Positions 47,148 through 56,759 of a stretch of DNA of 64,000 nucleotides are shown here, piece by piece (position 1 is the first letter of the stretch; each line of letters opens with the position of its first letter). The notes under the pieces were generated by a model. It worked only from the letters and a program-made list of their open reading frames with translations. It searched no databases and was not told the origin of the DNA. The DNA comes from Candidatus Binatia bacterium (GTDB taxonomy: Bacteria; Desulfobacterota; Binatia; UBA9968; JAJDTQ01), in NCBI GenBank assembly GCA_963666515.2, contig OY762897.2:1824001-1888000 (forward strand), in the 5' to 3' direction. The translations under genes were made by a program, and so were the position numbers.

Positions 47148-47891
47148 TCACTCCCCCGCCACGCCCACCAACGAGTTCAGCAGCGGCTCGTCGGCTGCGA
47201 GGGCGGCGCTGGGGCCGTCGTAGACGATGCGGCCGCGGTTCATGACCACGGTGCGCTCGGAGAACTCCAGGGCGATGCCGGTGTGTTGCTCCACCAGGAT
47301 GATGGTGAGCCCTTCCTGGGAACGTAGCGTGTGCATAGCCTCCACCAGTTGCTCGATGATGACCGGCGCAAGCCCCTCGGTGGGCTCGTCCATGAGCAGT
47401 ACCGACGGATTGCACACCAACGCCCGGGCGATGGCGAGCATCTGCTGTTCGCCGCCGGAGAGCTGGTTTCCCTTGTGGTGCCGGCGCGCCGCCAGTTGCG
47501 GGAACAGCTCGAAGACCCGCTCGAAGGTCCAACCGCCGGCCCGGCGCGCCACCGCCAGGTTCTCGTGCAGGCTCAGCGAGGGAAACACTTCGCGTTCCTG
47601 GGGGACGTGCCCCAGGCCGGCGCGCACACGGTCGTAGGTCCGCGCATTGGAAATGTCGCGGCCCGCCAGCTCGATGCGTCCGGAGTGGAGCGTGGTGTAG
47701 CCCATCACCGTTCCCAGTAACGTGGTCTTGCCGACGCCGTTGCGGCCGATGATGCTCAGGCGCTCGCCGCGGCCGAGGGTCAGGTCGACGTCCTCCAGCA
47801 CCACGGTCCTGCCGTAGCCGGCGCTGACGCCGGCAAGGCCCAATGCCGTGGTCAGAGTTGCGTCCGGCGCCTCGTTCGCGGCTGCGCTCAA
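47148..47891 (-). CDS. livF: HAAT ABC transporter ATP-binding protein (LivF-like)
   Basis: GRNGVGKTT, LSGGEQQMLAIARAL, MDEPTEGLAP. Confidence 0.88.
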   Translation of the reverse strand: MSAAANEAPDATLTTALGLAGVSAGYGRTVVLEDVDLTLGRGERLSIIGRNGVGKTTLLGTVMGYTTLHSGRIELAGRDISNARTYDRVRAGLGHVPQEREVFPSLSLHENLAVARRAGGWTFERVFELFPQLAARRHHKGNQLSGGEQQMLAIARALVCNPSVLLMDEPTEGLAPVIIEQLVEAMHTLRSQEGLTIILVEQHTGIALEFSERTVVMNRGRIVYDGPSAALAADEPLLNSLVGVAGE

Positions 47892-48670
47892 CGTTTCCCT
47901 CCGTGAAGCTCGGCGTTCTCGCCCAGGTAGACTTCCTGCACCCTGGGGTCGGCGCCCACTTCCGCGGGAGCGCCCTCGGTGAGGATCGCGCCCGACACCA
48001 GCACCGTGACCCTCCGGGCGAAGCGGAACACGATGTCCATGTCGTGCTCGATCATCAGGATCGCCATGGACTCGGGAAGCCCCTCCACCGCCTCCAGCAG
48101 CACGTGGCTTTCAGCGGAAGGGACACCCGCGGCGGGCTCATCCAGCAGCAACACGGTAGGGCGAAGGCCCAGCGCGATGGCCAACTCCACCAAGCGCTGC
48201 CGGCCGTAGGGAAGCTCGCGCACCAGTTGCCGCGCATCGCCGTCGAGCTTCACGGATTCGAGCAGTTCCATGCCTTCGGCTATGACGTCGGCACGGGCGT
48301 CCGCGCGCCGCCACAATCTCGCCGAAAGGGCGCGCCGCTCGCTGACGGCCATGCACACGTTCTCCAGCACGCTCAAGCCGCGGAACAGCGTATTGATCTG
48401 GAAGGTGCGGGCCAGCCCGTGCTTGACCCTGCGAGCTTGGGACCAGTGCGTGACATCTTCACCGCCCAACAGGATGGCGCCGCCGGACGGCTCGACGGTG
48501 CCGGTGATGAGGTTCACCAGGGTCGTCTTGCCGGCGCCGTTGGGGCCGATGAGCGCGTGTCTGGCGCCCGGCCGCAACGCCATGGACACCCGGTCCGCCA
48601 CCACCAGGGCGCCGAAGCTCTTGCACAGGTCCCGGACCTCCAACAGAGGGACGTTCTGATCCATCCTCAT
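47888..48670 (-). CDS. livG: HAAT ABC transporter ATP-binding protein (LivG-like)
   Basis: GPNGAGKTT, ARTFQ, LPYGRQR, LDEPAAG, IEHDM, VYLG. Confidence 0.88.
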   Translation of the reverse strand: MRMDQNVPLLEVRDLCKSFGALVVADRVSMALRPGARHALIGPNGAGKTTLVNLITGTVEPSGGAILLGGEDVTHWSQARRVKHGLARTFQINTLFRGLSVLENVCMAVSERRALSARLWRRADARADVIAEGMELLESVKLDGDARQLVRELPYGRQRLVELAIALGLRPTVLLLDEPAAGVPSAESHVLLEAVEGLPESMAILMIEHDMDIVFRFARRVTVLVSGAILTEGAPAEVGADPRVQEVYLGENAELHGGKR

Positions 48671-48711
48671 GGCGTCCTTCGACAAGCTCAGGACTCGCTA
48701 CGCTCAGGACG
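48671..48711. repeat. Palindromic repeat family C, overlapping the livM stop codon
   Basis: GGCGTCCTTCGACAAGCTCAGGACTCGCTACGCTCAGGACG. Confidence 0.65.
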
Positions 48712-49702
48712 ACCGGAAGAAGTATCCTCACGGACAAGCCACGCGCGGCAGCGCTCCGCCAGTCCCAGCATGCCCTCCGGGGCGTACAGGATGGTCGCCA
48801 CCAGCAGAGCGCCGATGCCGAACAGCCAGTACTCGGGGCTGAGCTTGGCGAGCTGGTCCTGCAGGATCATGTACACCGGCGCGCCGATGAACGCGCCGTA
48901 GAGACGGCCGGTGCCGCCCAGGATCAGCATGATCATCACGTCGCCGGAGCGTTCGAAGCTGAGCACGTCCAGCGCCACGAACTCGGTGGTCTGAGCCAGC
49001 AGGGCGCCGGCGATGCCCGCCATGACCGCGGCGATGGTGTAGATGCGCAGCATCTGGCGGTACACCGGGCAGCCGATGGCGTGCATGCGCCGCTCGTTCT
49101 CCCGGATGCCCCTGAGCGACTGGCCGAAGGAGGAATTCACGATGGTGCGGGCGGCGAGGAACACCACGAACAGCACGGCCAGCGCGTACAGGTACGCGGT
49201 CTGGCCGTACAGATCGAACTCGAACATGCCCAGCAACGGCTCCATCACCACGCCCGTCAAGCCGTCGTCGCCGCCGGTCCAGTGCTCCTGCTCGTTGGCG
49301 AGTTCCTGGAGCAGGATGGTGACCGCCAGCGTGAGCATCAGCAGGGTGAGCCCGCGGGTGTAGAGGATCACGGCGCCGCACACGAAGCCCACCGCGCCCG
49401 CCACCAGGCCCGCGATCAGCAACCCGCTCAAGGGCTCGCTCCAGCCCAGATGGGCCGACAGGATGCCGGCGGTGTACGCCCCGGTGCCGAACAGCGCCGC
49501 GTGTCCCAGCGACACGATGCCGGCATAGCCCAGGATCATATCCAGGGACAGGGCGAAGAGCACCATGATGAGTATCTGGGAGCCGAGTTGCAGATAGTCC
49601 GGGAACAGGAAGAACCCCGCGCCCGCGGCCAGCCAGGGCAGCAGTTCCGCGGGACGGATGGCTGCGGTTCGAAGCGGGTTGCGGTGCGCCGGTTGTTCCA
49701 TG
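48688..49702 (-). CDS. livM: HAAT ABC transporter permease (LivM-like)
   Basis: LGYAGIVSLGHAALFG, LMLTLA, GIRENERR, ILGGTG. Confidence 0.88.
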
Positions 49703-49736
49703 TGAACGCGTTGTCCCGCACGGTGCGGCGGAAACC

Positions 49737-50597
49737 CTATCGGGCGTAGAAACCTTGCGGCCGCCACAGCAGCAGGATGATGGTCACCGCGAAAATGAAG
49801 AAGGCGCCGAAAGCGGGCAGATAGTACTTGCCCGCGGTGTCCACGATTCCGAGGATCAGCGACGCGGCGAAAGCCCCCCGCAGGCTTCCGAGGCCGCCCA
49901 CGGCCACCACGATGAGGAAGTAGACGAGGTATTCCAGCGCGTAGGTAGGGGTCAGCCCGAGAATCTCCGTGCCCAGCGCCCCTCCCAGCGCCGCCAAACC
50001 GCTCCCGAGGGCAAAGGTCAGCGTGAACAGCCGCCGGATGTTGATGCCGACGGTTTCGGCCATGCGCTGGTTGTCCACCGCGGCGCGCACCTTGGCCCCC
50101 AGCAACGTGCGCTCGAATCCGTACCAGAGGCCGATGATGGTTACGAAGCTCACCAGGATGATGAACGTGCGGTAGGTGGGGAAGCGCCGGAAACCCAGGT
50201 CTACCTGCCCCTTGAGATAGAGCGGGACGTCGAGCTGAACGTTCAGCGGACCCCACAGGAAGGTGCACACGGCGATGCCCATGAACACCAGGCCGATGGT
50301 CAGGAGGACCTGCTGCAGCTCGTCGGCGCCATAGAGGCGGCGGTACAGAAGGCGCTCCAGCACGATGCTTACCAGCGCCACGGCGACGCAGGCCAATGGC
50401 GCTCCGAGCAGAAACGGCACTCCCATATCACGGACGAAGGACACCGCGATGTACCCGCCGAGCATGGCGAACATGCCGTGGGCCAGATTCACGAACCCCA
50501 TGAGCCCCATGGTCACGGACAGGCCCACCGAGATGATGAACAGGATCATTGCGAACGCGAGGCCGTCGAACGCAATGCTGACGAGGGAGTTGATCAC
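49737..50597 (-). CDS. livH: HAAT ABC transporter permease (LivH-like)
   Basis: GLSVTMGLMGFVNLAHG, VRAAVDN, VVAVGGLGS, RPQG. Confidence 0.88.
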   Translation of the reverse strand: MINSLVSIAFDGLAFAMILFIISVGLSVTMGLMGFVNLAHGMFAMLGGYIAVSFVRDMGVPFLLGAPLACVAVALVSIVLERLLYRRLYGADELQQVLLTIGLVFMGIAVCTFLWGPLNVQLDVPLYLKGQVDLGFRRFPTYRTFIILVSFVTIIGLWYGFERTLLGAKVRAAVDNQRMAETVGINIRRLFTLTFALGSGLAALGGALGTEILGLTPTYALEYLVYFLIVVAVGGLGSLRGAFAASLILGIVDTAGKYYLPAFGAFFIFAVTIILLLWRPQGFYAR

Positions 50598-50620
50598 GGA
50601 GAACGACTTGTCAATGCGGG

Positions 50621-50651
50621 CGCGCCACCCCGTGCCTTACGGGGCGGCGCG
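50621..50651 (-). other. Intercistronic stem-loop downstream of the substrate-binding gene (probable mRNA stabiliser)
   Basis: CGCGCCACCCCGT-GCCTT-ACGGGGCGGCGCG; no U-tract on the minus strand. Confidence 0.5.
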
Positions 50652-50685
50652 GTCTCTCTTCGAGGCTGGTTGCAACAAACAACAG

Positions 50686-51876
50686 CTACTTCTTCTTCTC
50701 CAGTTCCTTCCACGGGTCCTTCACCATCTCGAGGGTCTCCACCTCGATGTTGGCGAGAGCGTCCCCGCGCTTCTCGACCTTGCGCAGGTACTGGTTCTGG
50801 ACGATGTCACGGGTCTCGGGGTCGATCATGATGGGACCCCGGGGGCTCGCGAACTTCCATCCCTTCCACACGGCCAGGGCGTTGTCGGCGTCGATCTTGC
50901 CGTTCAGGCGCCGCACCACCTCGTGGATGGCCGCCATGCCGTCCCAGCCCTGGACGCTGAAGAAGTCCGGCGTGCTGTCGGCGCCGTAGGCTTCCTTCCA
51001 GGCCTTCACGAAAGCCTTGTTCTCGGCCCGGTCGCCGGCCGCGGAGTAGTGGTGCATGGTGATGACGCCCAGCGGCACCTGTCCCATGTTGGGCAGCTCG
51101 GAATCCTGGGTGATGTCACCCGGGCCGATCAGCTCGATGCCGGCCGCCCTCATGCCCAGGTCGTCGTAGGTCTTCATGACGCCGGTGGCCCACTTGCCGG
51201 CCGGGATGAACACGTAGAGCGCATCGGGCTTGGCGTCCTTCACCGACTGCAGGAACGGCGTGAAGTCCGGGATCTTGGGGAACGGGAACGGGATGTCCGC
51301 CACCACCTTGCCGCCGGCCGCGGTGAACGCCTTGGTGAAGGCGTTCTTGCTATCTTTCCCGGGCGAATAGTTGGCGTAGGCCACGGCCGCGGTGCGTATC
51401 TTCATCTTCTCGTAGGCGTACTTGCCCAGGGGGTAGGCCGCCTGCCACATGGTGAACGACACTCTCGCCGTGTAGGGCGACCGGGTGGTGATGGCCGCGG
51501 TTCCGGCGTTCATGATCAGCAGCGGCACCTTGGCCTTGCGGGTCACGTCCGAGATGGCGAAGGCGTTGTTGGAGTAGACCACGCCCGCCACGATGTCCAC
51601 CTTGTCGCGGGTGATCAGCTCGGTGGCCAGCCGCTTGGCGACGTCGGGCTTGGGGCCGGTGCTGTCCCGCTTGATGATCTCGATCGTGTGGCCGCCCGTA
51701 CCCTTGGCGTTGAGCTTCTGGTACAGCTCGAAGCCCCGGTCCACCTGCTGCCCCAGTTGCGCGTTGGGCCCCGAGTAGGGAAGGATGACGCCCACCTTGA
51801 CGGTCTCGGCCCATGCCGCCCCGCCCATGGTGAGCAAGACCAGCACGGAAACGGCCAGAAGCCTTGAAATCTTCAT
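50686..51876 (-). CDS. ABC substrate-binding protein, LivK fold, resembling aromatic-acid (benzoate-type) binders
   Basis: Signal peptide AWA; KVGVILPYSG, AKRLATELITRDKV, MNAGTAAITTRSPY..RVSFT, PDFTPFLQ, SPRGPIMIDPETRDIVQN. Confidence 0.85.
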   Translation of the reverse strand: MKISRLLAVSVLVLLTMGGAAWAETVKVGVILPYSGPNAQLGQQVDRGFELYQKLNAKGTGGHTIEIIKRDSTGPKPDVAKRLATELITRDKVDIVAGVVYSNNAFAISDVTRKAKVPLLIMNAGTAAITTRSPYTARVSFTMWQAAYPLGKYAYEKMKIRTAAVAYANYSPGKDSKNAFTKAFTAAGGKVVADIPFPFPKIPDFTPFLQSVKDAKPDALYVFIPAGKWATGVMKTYDDLGMRAAGIELIGPGDITQDSELPNMGQVPLGVITMHHYSAAGDRAENKAFVKAWKEAYGADSTPDFFSVQGWDGMAAIHEVVRRLNGKIDADNALAVWKGWKFASPRGPIMIDPETRDIVQNQYLRKVEKRGDALANIEVETLEMVKDPWKELEKKK

Positions 51877-52042
51877 GGTGACACCTCCTGCGAGTTTGGC
51901 GCCCTTGAGCGCGGATGGGATATTAACACTCCTGTCGGCGGCACGGCAACACGAGAAACGCCGCCGATTGGCTTTATCCAGACAAAGGCTATAGCCTTGG
52001 ACGCGTGGCTGGCGCCACCCATTTCCTGCAGGAGGCAACCGC

Positions 52043-52726
52043 ATGGGCAGCACGAACCTGTCGTCCGACGAATTCGTCGAGGAACTCAAGAAAGAGATCG
52101 CCGCATTCCACAAGCTGCGCATCAACCACCCGTTCGTGAAATCCATATCCGAAGGCACTGCCACCATGGACCACATCCGCACCTGGGCGGTGCAGGACTA
52201 CCAGTTCCGGGTCGCGGTGCCGCGCATCGCGCTGCTGCGCTACGTGGCGTGCAGCGATCCCGAGTTCGCCCCCAAGCTGTTCGAGGTGGCGGAAGAGGAG
52301 ACCCGCGGGCTGCTGCCGGGCAGCTCCGGCCATCCCGACATGTTCGTGGAGTTCGCCGAAGCCATCGGGCTCGAGCGCGCGGATCTGGAGAATGCTTCCC
52401 TGCTGCCGGCCACCGCCGCACACCTGTACTTCGCCGAACTGGTGATCCACACGCACCCGTGGTTCGTGGTGATGGCGGCGCAGATGGGAGCCGAGGGCAC
52501 GTTCGGCCCGGCCGCGGCGGCGCTGGGCCAGGGGTTCATCGAAAGCTACGGCATGACCCCCGAGTCGGTGCGCTTCTTCACGGTCCACGTGGAAGCCGAT
52601 GAAGAGCACGGCAGCCTGGCGGAAGACATCGGCCGCCGCTACCTGACCTCGCCCAACCTGCAGCAGCAGACGCGGGAGGTCATGTTCCGGCGCATGGAGC
52701 TGCTCTACGATATCTGGACCATCTAA
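52043..52726 (+). CDS. Heme-oxygenase-like diiron enzyme (PqqC/CADD/TenA family)
   Basis: HPF, EEE...H, GAEG, FFTVHVEADEEH diiron-type ligand set; SD GGAGG. Confidence 0.8.
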   Translation: MGSTNLSSDEFVEELKKEIAAFHKLRINHPFVKSISEGTATMDHIRTWAVQDYQFRVAVPRIALLRYVACSDPEFAPKLFEVAEEETRGLLPGSSGHPDMFVEFAEAIGLERADLENASLLPATAAHLYFAELVIHTHPWFVVMAAQMGAEGTFGPAAAALGQGFIESYGMTPESVRFFTVHVEADEEHGSLAEDIGRRYLTSPNLQQQTREVMFRRMELLYDIWTI

Positions 52727-52755
52727 TGTCGTGTTTCGGCCCCACCTCACTCCAC

Positions 52756-52782
52756 CTGGATTCCGGCTTTCGCCGGAATGAC
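52756..52782 (-). repeat. Palindromic repeat family A
   Basis: CTGGATTCCGGCTTTCGCCGGAATGAC. Confidence 0.85.
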
Positions 52783-52805
52783 GGGTGCGGATCGGGAACA
52801 AGGCC

Positions 52806-55178
52806 ATGAAGGATCAGAACGCCATTCGCCACATGGGGCGCAGCATTCCCATGCGGGAGGCGGAACCGCTGCTGCGGGGCCGGGGGACCTACGTGAGCGA
52901 CCTGCGATTCCCCGGGATGCTGCACGCCGCAGTGCTGCGCAGCCCTCACGCGCACGCGACCCTCCGCGACATCGACGTGCACAGCGCCCTTGCCATGCCG
53001 GGGGTCGTGCGGGTGCTCACCGGGGAGGACATCCGGGACGCCATCGAACCCTTCCCTTCCAGCTTCGAGTTCCATCCGCGGCCCTGGCTCCAGGCGATCA
53101 AGCCCGTGCTCAAGGGCCCGCGCGCCCGGGTGCTGGCGCTGGACAAGGTCGTCTACGTCGGCGAGCCGGTGGCCATGGTGGTGGCCGAGGATCGCTACCT
53201 GGCGGAGGACGCGCTGGACCGCATCGTGGTGGAATACGTAGAGCTGCCGCCGGTGGCGGACCCGGAAGCGGCGTTGGAACCGGACGCGGTGCCGATTCAC
53301 GAGGACGCCGACGACAACGTGGTGTTCCACTTCAGCATCGCCAAGGGCGACGTGGAACGGGCCTTGGAGGAGGCGCCCCACCGCATCGAGGAGCGCCTGC
53401 ACCACCGCCGCCACGGCGGCATCCCCATGGAGGGCAGAGGCGTCGTGGCCATGGCCGAGGTCAAGCCGTACCGCCTGACCGTGTGGTCGTCCACCCAGGT
53501 TCCCCACAGCGTGCGCCGGCAGATCGCCGCCCAGCTCGGCATGACCGAGGAGACCATCCGGGTGGTGGCGCCTCACGTGGGCGGCGGTTTCGGACCCAAG
53601 GTGCTGGTCTATCACGAGGAAGTGCTGGTACCCTACCTCGCCCTGGAGTTGGGGCGGCCGGTGCAATGGATCGAGGACCGCCGGGAGCATTTCATCAGCA
53701 CGGCCCACGCCCGGGACCAGATCCACTACGTAGAGTTGGGATTCGACGGCGACGGCAGAATCCTCGGCCTTAAGGACCGCTTCCTGCTGGACAACGGCGC
53801 CTACAACCCCATGGGACTCACCGACGCTTACAACACCGCGGCCCACTTGCAGGGACCATACCGGATACCCAGCCTCGCCGTCACCGGCACCTGCGTCGCC
53901 ACCAACAAGGTGCCCAACGCTCCCTACCGGGGCGCCGGCCGGCCCGAGGCGGTGTTCGTCATGGAGCGCTGCATCGACCGCATCGCCGGCGAGCTGGGCC
54001 TCGACCCTGCGGAGGTGCGCTTCCGAAACTTCGTGCAGCCCGAAGATATCCCCTACGACGCCGGCGTCCTCTACCGGGACGGCGAGCCCGTGCGCTACGA
54101 CAACGGCGACTTTCCGGCCACGCTCGCCAAGGCCCTGGACGCATGCCGCTACCACGACGTGCGCGCGCGGCAGAAGGAGGCCGCGCGAGACGACCGATAC
54201 CTGGGCGTGGGCATCGGCTTCTACACCGAGGGCACCGGCGTAGGCTCCTTCGAAGGCGCCCGGGTCGAGGTGGACTCGTCCGGCAAGCTCCGGGTGTCGG
54301 TGGGCGCCAGCGGCCACGGCCAGGGACACGAGACCGTGTTCGCGCAGATCACCGCCGACCTCTGGGGGATGGCGCCGGAAGACGTCTCGGTGGTGGGAGG
54401 CGACACCGACGCCATCCGCTACGGGGTCGGCACCTTCGCCAGCCGCAGCACGGTCAACGCCGGCACCGCCATCCACGAAGCCACCCGGCGCCTCAAGGTC
54501 AAGGTGTTCGAGCTGGCCGGCCATCTGCTCGAAGCCAACCCGGACGACCTGACGACGCGGGACGGCCGGGTCTTCGTGGAGGAACGGCCCGACCGCGGCG
54601 TGTCCCTGGCCGAGCTTGCCGGCGCCGCGGTGCCCGGCTGGGCCTCGAAGCTCCCGGAGGACATGGAGCCCCGGCTGGAGGCGACCTACTACTACGTGCC
54701 GCAGACCGTGACCTGGGCCCACGCCGCCCACGTGGCCGTGGTGGAGGTGGACGCGGGCACCGGCGAAGTGAATATCCTGGACTACGCCGTGGCCCACGAC
54801 TCCGGACCGGCCGTCAACCCGCTGTTCGTCGAGGGACAGGTGCGCGGCGGCGTCGCCCAGGGCATCGGCGGCGCGCTCTACGAGGAATTCGTCTACGACG
54901 AGCTGGGACAGCTCCTCACCGGCACCTTCATGGACTACCTGCTGCCGAGCTGCGGCGAGGTGCCGGCCATAAAGCAGGTGCACCTCGAAACCCCCTCCCC
55001 GCTCAATCCCCTGGGCCTCAAGGGCATCGGCGAAGGCGGCGCCATCGCCCCGCCGGTGGCCGTGGCCAACGCCGTGGCGGACGCGCTGCGGCCCTTGGGC
55101 CGGATCGAGATCTCCGAGACCCCGGTGACGCCCGAGCGGGTGCTGACGCTGATCCGGCGGCACCGCGGGACCGCGTAG
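52806..55178 (+). CDS. Xanthine dehydrogenase family molybdopterin-binding large subunit (CoxL form II-like)
   Basis: LRSPHAHA, VGGGFGPK, PYRGAGRPEA, GQGHET, GTFASRS, VEGQVRGG, KGIGEGG. Confidence 0.9.
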   Translation: MKDQNAIRHMGRSIPMREAEPLLRGRGTYVSDLRFPGMLHAAVLRSPHAHATLRDIDVHSALAMPGVVRVLTGEDIRDAIEPFPSSFEFHPRPWLQAIKPVLKGPRARVLALDKVVYVGEPVAMVVAEDRYLAEDALDRIVVEYVELPPVADPEAALEPDAVPIHEDADDNVVFHFSIAKGDVERALEEAPHRIEERLHHRRHGGIPMEGRGVVAMAEVKPYRLTVWSSTQVPHSVRRQIAAQLGMTEETIRVVAPHVGGGFGPKVLVYHEEVLVPYLALELGRPVQWIEDRREHFISTAHARDQIHYVELGFDGDGRILGLKDRFLLDNGAYNPMGLTDAYNTAAHLQGPYRIPSLAVTGTCVATNKVPNAPYRGAGRPEAVFVMERCIDRIAGELGLDPAEVRFRNFVQPEDIPYDAGVLYRDGEPVRYDNGDFPATLAKALDACRYHDVRARQKEAARDDRYLGVGIGFYTEGTGVGSFEGARVEVDSSGKLRVSVGASGHGQGHETVFAQITADLWGMAPEDVSVVGGDTDAIRYGVGTFASRSTVNAGTAIHEATRRLKVKVFELAGHLLEANPDDLTTRDGRVFVEERPDRGVSLAELAGAAVPGWASKLPEDMEPRLEATYYYVPQTVTWAHAAHVAVVEVDAGTGEVNILDYAVAHDSGPAVNPLFVEGQVRGGVAQGIGGALYEEFVYDELGQLLTGTFMDYLLPSCGEVPAIKQVHLETPSPLNPLGLKGIGEGGAIAPPVAVANAVADALRPLGRIEISETPVTPERVLTLIRRHRGTA

Positions 55179-55197
55179 CACGGACGCCCCGAACCCC

Positions 55198-55224
55198 GTC
55201 ATTCCGGCGGAAGCCGGAATCCAG
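55198..55224 (+). repeat. Palindromic repeat family A
   Basis: GTCATTCCGGCGGAAGCCGGAATCCAG, identical to the 24220 copy and with similar flanks. Confidence 0.85.
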
Positions 55225-55313
55225 GAGCGGGGCGCGGGGGACAGTGCACGGGACGGCGCACGGGAGGCTCCAGCTTGCGGGAGGGATACCCGCATGTTAA
55301 GCCACGCATCACT

Positions 55314-56720
55314 ATGACGACATCGGCAAACGGTATGGGAGAGACCCTCGGGGAGGCCATCGCGTTTCTGGAGGCCAACTATCCGGACGAGGTGATCCGG
55401 GTCGACCGCGAGGTGGACCCGATCTTCGAGGTCACCGGGATACTGGCCAAGCTGGAGCGGCAGCAGCAGTTTCCGTGCGTGATCTTCGAGAACGTCAAGG
55501 GGTCGTCCATCCCGCTGGTCACCAACATGCACGCGAGCTTCCCGCGGCTGGCCATGGCCATCGGACTGCCCTACGACGCCACCCCCGCGGACTTCATCCA
55601 CGAGTACGGCAAGCGCGAGGCCAATCCGCTGCCGCCGGTAGAAGTGGAGAGCGGGCCGTGCCAGGAGGTGGTGCTCACCGGCGACGACGTGGACGTCACC
55701 ATGTTCCCGATCCTCCAGTACCACGAGATGGACGCCGGCCGTTACATCACGCTGGCGTTCGACGTCATGAAGGAGCCCGACACCGGCATCCGCAACGCAG
55801 GCATCTACCGCTTGCAACTGAAGGGCCGCAACCGCTTCGGCATCCAGATCTCCGAGACCGCCCACGGCCACTACATCCTCAAGAAGAACAAGACCCGGGG
55901 GCTACCCACGCAGATGGCCGCGGTCATCGGCGGCCACCCGGCCATGAACATCGGCAACCTGAGCTTCACCTCCATCGACACCGACGAGTTCAGCATCGCC
56001 GGCTCCATGCTCGGCAAGCCGGTGGAGCTGGTGAAGTGCAAGACCATCGACGTGGAGGTGCCGGCTACGGCCGAGATCGTGCTGGAGTGCGAGATCCACC
56101 CCACCGAGATGGAGGAAGAAGCTCCCTTCGGTGAGTATCCCGGCACCTACGGACCCCAGCGCATCAACCCGGTGGTGTACGTCAAGGCCGTCACCATGAA
56201 GAAGAACGCGCTCTACCAGAGCTCGTTCGTGGGACACGCCGACAACCTGCTGCTGTCCGGGGTGACGCGGAACAGCTACATCCACCACACCTGCCGCATC
56301 GCCAGCGCCGGCGTGAAGGCGGTGTACGTGCCGCCCTGCGGCCGCTCCCGCTACATCTGCTACATCCAGATGGAGTCCATGATCGACGGCGACGCCAAGA
56401 ACGCCGCCATGGCCGCCTTCGCCGCCGACCCGTTCCTGAAGTTCGTCATCTGTGTGGACGAGGACGTGGACATCAGCAACGACAGCGACGTGATGCACGC
56501 CATCGCCACCCGGGTACGCGCCGACCGCGACGTGTTCATGGTCACCCACTCCCGGGGCTCCCCGCTGGACCCCGCGTCCTACGACCCGGCCGGGGGCTCC
56601 CACCTGGTCACCAAAGTGGGCGTGGACGCCACCCGCAAGTCCGACTACCCGCTGGAGATCAAGGTGCCGGGGACGGACGCCATCGACCTGTCGAAGTACT
56701 TCGGCGACCGCTTCAGGTAG
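55314..56720 (+). CDS. UbiD family prFMN-dependent (de)carboxylase
   Basis: IFENVKG, DAGRYIT, RNAGIYR, EVPATAEIVLE, EAPFGEYPG, VDEDVD, SPLDP, KVGVDAT. Confidence 0.92.
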   Translation: MTTSANGMGETLGEAIAFLEANYPDEVIRVDREVDPIFEVTGILAKLERQQQFPCVIFENVKGSSIPLVTNMHASFPRLAMAIGLPYDATPADFIHEYGKREANPLPPVEVESGPCQEVVLTGDDVDVTMFPILQYHEMDAGRYITLAFDVMKEPDTGIRNAGIYRLQLKGRNRFGIQISETAHGHYILKKNKTRGLPTQMAAVIGGHPAMNIGNLSFTSIDTDEFSIAGSMLGKPVELVKCKTIDVEVPATAEIVLECEIHPTEMEEEAPFGEYPGTYGPQRINPVVYVKAVTMKKNALYQSSFVGHADNLLLSGVTRNSYIHHTCRIASAGVKAVYVPPCGRSRYICYIQMESMIDGDAKNAAMAAFAADPFLKFVICVDEDVDISNDSDVMHAIATRVRADRDVFMVTHSRGSPLDPASYDPAGGSHLVTKVGVDATRKSDYPLEIKVPGTDAIDLSKYFGDRFR

Positions 56721-56759
56721 GCCGGCCGCCGGAGAGCGTGAGCCCGCGGTCCCCGCGTC

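Noticed and set aside
52806-55178. Call as aerobic CO dehydrogenase (form I CoxL)
   Set aside because: The active-site loop is PYRGAGR rather than AYxCSFR, and there are no coxMS or accessory genes.
52680-55871. 1063-aa minus-strand ORF (also 36126-39083, 32696-35059, 61215-63437, 18-1142 and many similar)
   Set aside because: These are antisense or alternative-frame shadows of well-supported genes. They are expected in high-GC DNA and show no recognisable motifs.
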